From the NCBI GenBank assembly GCA_903893785.1, contig CAITNQ010000424.1:7666-71665 (forward strand): a DNA stretch of 64,000 nucleotides, read 5' to 3'. Under the pieces are notes generated by a model. It saw only the letters and a list, made by a program, of their open reading frames with translations, was not told where the DNA came from and ran no database searches. The translations under genes were made by a program, and so were the position numbers. Shown piece after piece: positions 57,856-64,000 of the stretch; the stretch's first letter is position 1; each line of letters begins with the position of its first letter. Source of the DNA: an uncultured Gemmatimonadota bacterium. GTDB lineage: Bacteria > Latescibacterota > UBA2968 > UBA8231.

Positions 57856-60800
57856 TCACAGAACCTGCGCCTTCTCCATGCTGGTAATCTGCTGCTTGGC
57901 GAACTCGACCTGCGTCTCGTACTTGGTCACCGTACCCCAACGTTCAACCACTTCTTTGTAAGCTGCGCCAGCCTTCTTGTAATCCTGCTGGTTCTGGTAG
58001 ACCACACCGATCTGGACACACGCGTTGACCGCCTGCATGCTCTCGGGGAACTTCTCGATCACGTCCCGGAAAACCTTGACGGCGTCGTCGTACTCCTTCT
58101 CGTCAAAGAACTTCTCTCCCTCCAGGTACAGGTTGTACGCGCGGATTTCACCGAGGTGCTCCAGCAATGTGGCCGCCTTCTTCCGCAGGGCCAGGTCCTG
58201 GGACGACGTCAGCTTGTCTTCCGGGTACAGATCCAGGAAGTGCTGATAGCTCTCCTTGGCTTTGTCATACTCTTTAAGACTGTAGTAGTAATCACCCACG
58301 GTGAACTGGCTGCGCGGCCCGTAGCGATCGTACGGGAACCGCGCCACCACCTGTTCGAACAGCCCCATCGCCTCGGCTTCACGCTTGAGGTTGATCAAGC
58401 ACCAGGCTTTGGAATAGAGGGCATCGTCAGTGTACTCGGAGTTGCTGTACCCGTTGATCAGGCGGTCGAAGAAGGTTAGCGACTCGCGGAAGTGCGCGTC
58501 CTTGTCTTCGTCAACCATGGCGCGCCGGTTAAAGGCCGCTTCACCGGCGCGGAAGAGGGCCTCGGCGCAGTACTCGCTCTGCGGGAACCTGTCCACCATT
58601 TCCCCGAAGACCTTGCTCGCCTCCTTCCAGTTGCCCAGGCGGTACTGAGCCCAGGCAGTGTAGTAATAGGCGTGCACCGCCTTCTCGTCGTTCGCGTACT
58701 TTGTATAGAACTCCTTAAACGCGGTTGCCATAGGCGTCAGAGCCGCGGTCTGAGCAGTAGACGCCTCGTTGTAGGCCACGCCTATCTGGAACAGCGACGC
58801 CTTCGCCCAGTTGCTGTTCGGGTACTGATCAACTACCTTGCGGAAGGTCTCGAGCGCCTTGTTGACGTCGCGGTTCTTGAAATAGGCCGAACCCTGGATG
58901 AACAGGGCGTTGGCCTTTATGTCTTCCGTCTTCGCGATGTCTACCGTCTGCTGCGCGACTTCGATGCTCTTGGGGAAATTGTTGACGCGGTAGTAGCTGT
59001 TGGCCAAGCGGACTAGGATCTTTTCACGATCCTCCGGGGTCGTCAGCTGGGGCAACATCTCCTCGTATGTAGCGATCGACTCATTCGGGTCAGCATCCTC
59101 AGCCAGAGTAACGAGCTTCAGGCGCGCTGACCGCTGCAGTTCCGCGTCCCCGGCCGTGATGACTTCCTTGAGCAGTCCGGTGGCTTCCTGGTTCTTGCTC
59201 AATGCGGCATAGGCCAGCGCCATCGAATACTTGACCTTCACCAGCATGTCGGGCGGCATGTCGGACTTGAGCAGGTATTCGTAGTCGCTCAAAGCCTTGT
59301 CGTACTTGCCAACGTTGAAGAAGGCCAACCCGCGGCCGTAATGGGAATCCCGCACAGGGCTTGTACTGGGATACTGATCGATCACCTTGGTGAAACCCGC
59401 GAGCGCTTCCGGGTACCGTTTGGAGTTGAGATCCAACTGCGCCAGGTGGTACAGCGCTTTCGATTCCAGGTCCGGCTTGCCCGAGACCGTCTGGAGCAAC
59501 TCTGTGAGCATCTTCCGTGCTTCGTCGCTCTTGCCCTGCTCGACCAGGATGCCTGCCTTGCCGGTCAAGGCGGCGACATAGGAGTCGCCTGCGTCAGGCG
59601 GGACCTTGGAGAAGGCGGCCAGTGCCTCGGCGATCTTGCCCTGACTGCGGTACAGAACGCCCAACCCGTACATGGCGTCAGCACCGGTCTTGGTCGAGCC
59701 GTACTCGTCTGCCAGCTTCTCGTAAATCTTGAACGCCTCTTCGGTCTGGCCATTCTTGTATTTGATCTGGCCCAACCTGAGCAGGCAGGACGGTGCGAAC
59801 TCAGAACGCGGGTATTTCTCGACCACCTCGCCAAACAGCGCCTCTACTTGCGCATAGTCACCCAGCTTCTCGGAAGCGAAGCCGGCGTTATACAGGGCAA
59901 GGGCCCGCAACTCGGTATCGACATCCGGGTAGTTCTTGATGACGGCCAGGTAGTCGTCACGCGCTTCCGAGTACTTCCCCGCGTAGTACCGCGCTTCGCC
60001 CTTATTGTACTGCGCGTTTGGCGGGTATGGAGTGTCTGCGTAAAGGTTGATGACCTGGTCGTAGGCGCTCCAAGCGTCGTCGTACTTCTTCCATTCCATG
60101 TAATTGTCGCCGATGCGCATCTGCACCTTCGCCTTGTAGAAGCGCTCTTCGGCGATCTCCTGCACGGCGATCAACTCTTTGTACGCTTCCTCAAAGCGCC
60201 CGTCCTTGCGGAAGATCTCGGCGACACGCAGAGACGAGGTCTCGAACAGCTCGCGGTACTTCTCGAAATCGAGGTTCTTGCCTTCACGGAAGGACCCGCG
60301 GAGGAGCTCGAACATGCGATCGTAGAGACCACGCACATTACGGTAGCTGGCGATGGCTTCATCGGAACGCCCGAGCTTGTCAAGTGAACTGGCTTTGAGG
60401 TACTCTGCCTGAGCGATGATCGGGTTGTTGGGGTACTGGTCGAGAATCTTCTGGGCGAAATCGACCGCGGTCTGGTAGTCGCCCTTCTCGAAGTGCGCGC
60501 TGGCAATCTGGAATTGGGCGTCCGGCGCGTACTTGTCGTCGGGGTATTTGGCAAGCATGTTCTGCAACGTAACGATGCTCTTGTCGTACTCTTTGGCAAA
60601 GAACTCAGACCAGCCGCTGTAGTAGTACGCCTTCCCCGCAAGCTTGGAGTTGGGGAACAGATTCACGTACGACATGTATTCCTGCGATGCTTCCCCGTAT
60701 TTCTTCTGCAGGAAGCGGCTCTCGGCGATCTCGTACTGCACCATCGACCGGAACTGCTCTGGCACTGAGTGCCCCGTTACCACGTGCCGGTACGCTTCGA

Positions 60801-61095
60801 CAGCCTCGTCGTGCTGGCCGCTCTTCTTGCGGGAGTTGCCTAGCTGGTACCATGCGGCCGCCATGACCGGGAGCTCCAACTGCTCGCCGAATTTGACGCG
60901 CACACTGTCGACCCGCACGGCTTTGCTGTTGAACTTCACGATTTTGTTGTATTCGATGATGGCGCCCTCGTACTCGCCCAAGGCGTAGAGGGACTGCCCG
61001 GCATCGAAGTTGGTCATGAGGTTCTGCGGGACTGGCATGAAGACGCTGGCCCCTAACCCCAAACCGACCGCGACTAGCCCTAGCCACACTACCAT
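57856..61095 (-). CDS. Large TPR-repeat protein (BamD/CpoB-like repeats) with an N-terminal signal or anchor
   Basis: 1079 aa of tandem 'A.Y..G..Y...K.Y..A...Y..V...YP.S' units; hydrophobic N-terminus. Confidence 0.88.
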   Translation of the reverse strand: MVVWLGLVAVGLGLGASVFMPVPQNLMTNFDAGQSLYALGEYEGAIIEYNKIVKFNSKAVRVDSVRVKFGEQLELPVMAAAWYQLGNSRKKSGQHDEAVEAYRHVVTGHSVPEQFRSMVQYEIAESRFLQKKYGEASQEYMSYVNLFPNSKLAGKAYYYSGWSEFFAKEYDKSIVTLQNMLAKYPDDKYAPDAQFQIASAHFEKGDYQTAVDFAQKILDQYPNNPIIAQAEYLKASSLDKLGRSDEAIASYRNVRGLYDRMFELLRGSFREGKNLDFEKYRELFETSSLRVAEIFRKDGRFEEAYKELIAVQEIAEERFYKAKVQMRIGDNYMEWKKYDDAWSAYDQVINLYADTPYPPNAQYNKGEARYYAGKYSEARDDYLAVIKNYPDVDTELRALALYNAGFASEKLGDYAQVEALFGEVVEKYPRSEFAPSCLLRLGQIKYKNGQTEEAFKIYEKLADEYGSTKTGADAMYGLGVLYRSQGKIAEALAAFSKVPPDAGDSYVAALTGKAGILVEQGKSDEARKMLTELLQTVSGKPDLESKALYHLAQLDLNSKRYPEALAGFTKVIDQYPSTSPVRDSHYGRGLAFFNVGKYDKALSDYEYLLKSDMPPDMLVKVKYSMALAYAALSKNQEATGLLKEVITAGDAELQRSARLKLVTLAEDADPNESIATYEEMLPQLTTPEDREKILVRLANSYYRVNNFPKSIEVAQQTVDIAKTEDIKANALFIQGSAYFKNRDVNKALETFRKVVDQYPNSNWAKASLFQIGVAYNEASTAQTAALTPMATAFKEFYTKYANDEKAVHAYYYTAWAQYRLGNWKEASKVFGEMVDRFPQSEYCAEALFRAGEAAFNRRAMVDEDKDAHFRESLTFFDRLINGYSNSEYTDDALYSKAWCLINLKREAEAMGLFEQVVARFPYDRYGPRSQFTVGDYYYSLKEYDKAKESYQHFLDLYPEDKLTSSQDLALRKKAATLLEHLGEIRAYNLYLEGEKFFDEKEYDDAVKVFRDVIEKFPESMQAVNACVQIGVVYQNQQDYKKAGAAYKEVVERWGTVTKYETQVEFAKQQITSMEKAQVL

Positions 61096-61143
61096 GGCGC
61101 CGTCTCCTTACTCACGCTGGTGTGCCCAGACCGCAAGCCGGCC

Positions 61144-62073
61144 TCAGAACCGATACCCGAACGAGAAACGGTGCGCGCCGTTGGTTTCCGTCAGGTCGAG
61201 TGGCAGGTTGTAACCGTAGTCAAAGAGCACTTTGCCCATGGTGTAACCCAGACCCGCGTTGATGTCGCCCGAGGCGTCCGACTCAAAGAGTTTGCTGCCG
61301 CCGGCCCGCAACATCAGGCCACCGACAACGCGCATCTCGCCACCGACCAGCAACCGACTGGTCTTCTGGTCAGACACGTCGCGCAGGATCCACTGGGCCG
61401 AGATCAGCGAGTTCTCGTGCATCCGGTACGACGCGCCCACATGCAGGTCCATGGGCAGTTTGCCCGCGTCGCTGTCGCCCTTGACCGTGGTCTTCGCCAT
61501 GTTGGGCTGGTTCAGATTCTTGACCAGCACGCCGAACTGCGCGCCTTGGATCGGCGACTTCCACAACAGTCCCAAATCCACGCCAATGTTGCCCTTGCTG
61601 GAACCCGACACCGGGTCTGCAGCGTCAAAGTCATCAACCTGCCAGAACAGGTACTTGCCGGTCAACCCCAGGTTCAGGTTCTGCCCCAACTTGTACGACA
61701 GCGCCAGGAAAGCCCCGTTCTCGGCCATCAGGTCGCTGCCGATGCGCTCGTAACCCAGGCCGAAGCCCATCCGGGCGCCCAACGGCCGGACGTAACTGGC
61801 CACATGCTGGCCCAGATCATCGCCCTCAATTCCGCCGTAGAGCATGGACACATTGGTGTAGGAGATCTCCTGGTGCGTGATCTGACCCAGTCCGGCCGGG
61901 TTCTCGAATACTGCGTCCCCGTCGTCGGCCACAGCCACGACACTGTTCCCCAGAGCAGCGGCCCGGGCGCCGGCACCGATATTCTGGATGTTCACCACTG
62001 CTTGGGCCGTCATTGCCGATCCGAGCAGCACCGCCACGGCCGCCGCCACGCCGATGTACTTGGGGGTTCTCAT
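61144..62073 (-). CDS. PorV/PorQ (UPF0164)-like outer-membrane beta-barrel
   Basis: Signal peptide; 'IGAGARAAALG...ADDGDAVFENPAGL'; C-terminal beta-signal 'HRFSFGYRF'; AGGAGG RBS before ATG 62073. Confidence 0.85.
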   Translation of the reverse strand: MRTPKYIGVAAAVAVLLGSAMTAQAVVNIQNIGAGARAAALGNSVVAVADDGDAVFENPAGLGQITHQEISYTNVSMLYGGIEGDDLGQHVASYVRPLGARMGFGLGYERIGSDLMAENGAFLALSYKLGQNLNLGLTGKYLFWQVDDFDAADPVSGSSKGNIGVDLGLLWKSPIQGAQFGVLVKNLNQPNMAKTTVKGDSDAGKLPMDLHVGASYRMHENSLISAQWILRDVSDQKTSRLLVGGEMRVVGGLMLRAGGSKLFESDASGDINAGLGYTMGKVLFDYGYNLPLDLTETNGAHRFSFGYRF

Positions 62074-62310
62074 CAGAGTCTTCCTCCTCATGACTGGATG
62101 ACGCCCTTTTTGACGCGAATCCGTTGCGTCGCTGCCTTTGGCCTGCCCCCGCAGGTCAACTCGCGGGCTGCCGGCCCCGAGCTGAGGCAGTGACATTGAT
62201 CCCATGGTGGAATTGCGTTAACCCCTCCCCAGCGCCCGGCCTCGGTGCGCGATCGGAACGCCTGGACCCAACCGGGCAGGACCGACGGCCAACCTAAAGG
62301 CGGTCGGTTA

Positions 62311-63279
62311 TCACGGCTCGGCAGTGCGTTGCTCGTGACCGCCTGTCGCCAGCGCCTTGAGGCCGCCCCAGCCGACGCCTTGCACCCCGGTAGGAAAGAT
62401 ACCGTCAACGGGCATGAGCATCAAGTCGGCGAACCGATCGGCCAGCTGGAACGAGTTCTGCCCCCCCGACAGCGACCACTTGGCGTCCAAAAGCTCAGAA
62501 AATCGGTCGTAATCGTCAATTTCCACGTTGAAACCGATTACCTCGCCCTCCCGCAATTGATGCTCGTCGCTGAGGAAAACGGCGTTGACATCGACACGGT
62601 CGAACGGCACGAACATGGCCTCATACGTGATCTCGGTCCCGCCAGCCGGCAGGTCCCGTAACTGGTACGCGGCCGCTGTGTACGGCCCGTTGGCCAGCGA
62701 ATACCAGGCTGCCGCGGAGAAATTCACGAAATAGTCGCCGTCCGGCGGCGGCCCGGCGATGACAAAGTGATTCGCTTGAGTACCGTTCTGGCGCACTTGC
62801 TCGACGGCCGACAGATCGACGAAGTTGGCGAACTGGCCGCCTGAATGGTCCGCGTCGATGAAGACCTCCATGGCGTCGTCCTGGAAAATGCGGAGCGCAG
62901 CACTGCCAGCCGGCCGGTCGATCTGGTGGATGTCGTCAGTCACGGTGGCGGCTACCCATAGCCGGTTGACCGAGGGGTTCCAGCCCACCCCAAGGCGGAT
63001 ACCCAAATCCCTGTTGTCGACGGCGCTGCCGTGAACCAGGTCGGTAAAGGCTTCAGTGCTCAGCCAGTAGGAACCCCCGACGGCATTCCAGTCAGACAGG
63101 TTCCCATCAACGACAGGGAGCCGATCATCGGTGAATTGGTAGGCCCGGATGGTCCCCGCCGGGGTCAGGTGCCCCCAGACTTGATCGGGGCCCCCCGCAA
63201 GGCCAGCAGTCAGGAACACCGCGCACACGTAAACGCAGAAGGTCGGCCGGAACCGACGCCCAGGCAATGTGTTTTTCAA
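62311..63279 (-). CDS. Exported CBM9/DOMON-like sugar-binding protein with a C-terminal WGxxK tail
   Basis: Signal peptide; PVVDGNLSDW, LWVAATVTDD, DAMEVFIDADHSGG, IGFNVEIDDYD; ends PTGVQGVGWGGLKA. Confidence 0.75.
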   Translation of the reverse strand: MKNTLPGRRFRPTFCVYVCAVFLTAGLAGGPDQVWGHLTPAGTIRAYQFTDDRLPVVDGNLSDWNAVGGSYWLSTEAFTDLVHGSAVDNRDLGIRLGVGWNPSVNRLWVAATVTDDIHQIDRPAGSAALRIFQDDAMEVFIDADHSGGQFANFVDLSAVEQVRQNGTQANHFVIAGPPPDGDYFVNFSAAAWYSLANGPYTAAAYQLRDLPAGGTEITYEAMFVPFDRVDVNAVFLSDEHQLREGEVIGFNVEIDDYDRFSELLDAKWSLSGGQNSFQLADRFADLMLMPVDGIFPTGVQGVGWGGLKALATGGHEQRTAEP

Positions 63280-63300
63280 AAATTAGCTCAGCGAGGCTGT

Positions 63301-63329
63301 ATGATAACCACCGCCCGTGGCAGTGTCAA
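63301..63329 (-). promoter_or_regulatory. sigma70 promoter P1 for the CBM9-like gene
   Basis: Minus strand TTGACA, 17 bp spacer, TATCAT. Confidence 0.7.
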
Positions 63330-63367
63330 GGCGACGGGGGCGGCGGGCCAGAACCGTTCCCTTTTTG

Positions 63368-63396
63368 ATGGTAGGCCAAAAAGGAGGGGTTGTCAA
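63368..63396 (-). promoter_or_regulatory. sigma70 promoter P2 (tandem) for the CBM9-like gene
   Basis: Minus strand TTGACA, 17 bp spacer, TACCAT. Confidence 0.6.
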
Positions 63397-63499
63397 CCAC
63401 GTTCGCGTGGCCCGGCGAGCGGCCGCCGGGTACGCCCCAAGAACCCCGCAGCGATGCACTCAACATGTTGTTTTTTATGTTTTTGTATAAGATGTTGAA

Positions 63500-63680
63500 G
63501 AGCCGTGGTGGCGCCCCGGCGGGAAATGCGCGCCGAGCCGACCGGGGCTCCGGGAGTGGACCCCGCGCGCGAACGACCAAGGCGCCGCGCCGGCGCGGCG
63601 CCTTGGTCCGCCTGTTCCCGGTGCCGCCCATTTGCGGGGCGAAGTGCGGCTCGCCATTGAGGCGAGCGGGCTTTTTTGTT
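63500..63680 (+). ncRNA. Candidate structured leader or sRNA ending in an intrinsic terminator
   Basis: Nested complementary blocks, a perfect 34-bp palindrome at 63575-63608, and the hairpin GCTCGCC/GGCGAGC followed by CTTTTTTGTT. Confidence 0.45.
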
Positions 63681-63724
63681 ATAGTTGGAGACCAGTCAAT
63701 CGGAGTCTTCACTGGAGGCATGGG

Positions 63725-64000
63725 ATGCGTAGACTGTGCGTGGTGATGCTCTGCTCGTTGTTGCTGGCGTCGACCCAAGAGGTCGGGGCAGCGGTCAAGC
63801 GCTGGCGGATGGGCGACGGCGCCCAGGCCTGGAACCTCACCCCGGTCACCGGACGCCTGTCGTGGGGCCGAGGTTGGGCCTGCGAGATCCTTGCCGACGA
63901 CGACGGCGACGGCAAGGTCGACGAGGATCCGGTGGAGTTGGTCGACAATGACGACGACGGCCTGGTCAACGAGGACCCCCCCGAAGCGCAGATCGACAAT
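63725..64000 (+). CDS. Exported protein with DxDxDG calcium-binding repeats (truncated by the window end)
   Basis: GGAGG RBS; MRRLCVVMLCSLLLASTQEVGA signal; DDDGDGKVDED and DNDDDGLVNED repeats; not listed in the ORF track because it has no stop codon in the window. Confidence 0.75.
   Translation, partial: MRRLCVVMLCSLLLASTQEVGAAVKRWRMGDGAQAWNLTPVTGRLSWGRGWACEILADDDGDGKVDEDPVELVDNDDDGLVNEDPPEAQIDN

Noticed and set aside
208-62193. Many long antisense or alternate-frame ORFs (e.g. 208-1914+, 5491-7344+, 21937-23988+, 33494-35674+, 38045-39508+)
   Set aside because: They are shadow ORFs of high-GC coding strands, fully overlap recognisable genes and have no family motifs.
1-64000. tRNA, rRNA, transposase, integrase or prophage genes
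   Set aside because: None was recognised by eye. tRNAscan/Infernal would be needed to exclude small RNAs fully.

Overview
GC-rich diderm bacterial DNA. The gene content (DUF6785-like membrane proteins, a PorV-like barrel, a C-terminal 'WGxxK' tail) suggests a Latescibacterota/FCB-like lineage, by inference only. Left to right: (1) a leftward operon of an uncharacterised membrane system (DUF6785/6784-like protein, ~1585-aa inactive-M28/FtsX fusion, OPT-like protein) that may continue off the left edge; (2) a NusG-II/Gx pair, rpsU, rel and hisC; (3) a 26.5-kb sigma54-driven flagellar operon in canonical flgB...fliA order that lacks exactly the torque-generating genes fliG and motAB at their usual positions and ends in HDOD and orphan-kinase genes; (4) a co-oriented lipid-carrier glycosylation cluster with an O-antigen-ligase/OTase-like TPR protein; (5) mpl and an exported HEAT protein, flanked by short direct repeats; (6) an operon encoding a PorV-like barrel, a giant TPR protein, ExbB, two ExbDs and a TonB-anchor/DUF4159 protein, preceded by a CBM9-like exported protein; (7) a structured leader with a terminator ahead of a truncated exported Ca-binding-repeat protein. 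I recognised no tRNA, rRNA, CRISPR array or transposase. Family assignments come from motif recognition by eye, not from database searches.
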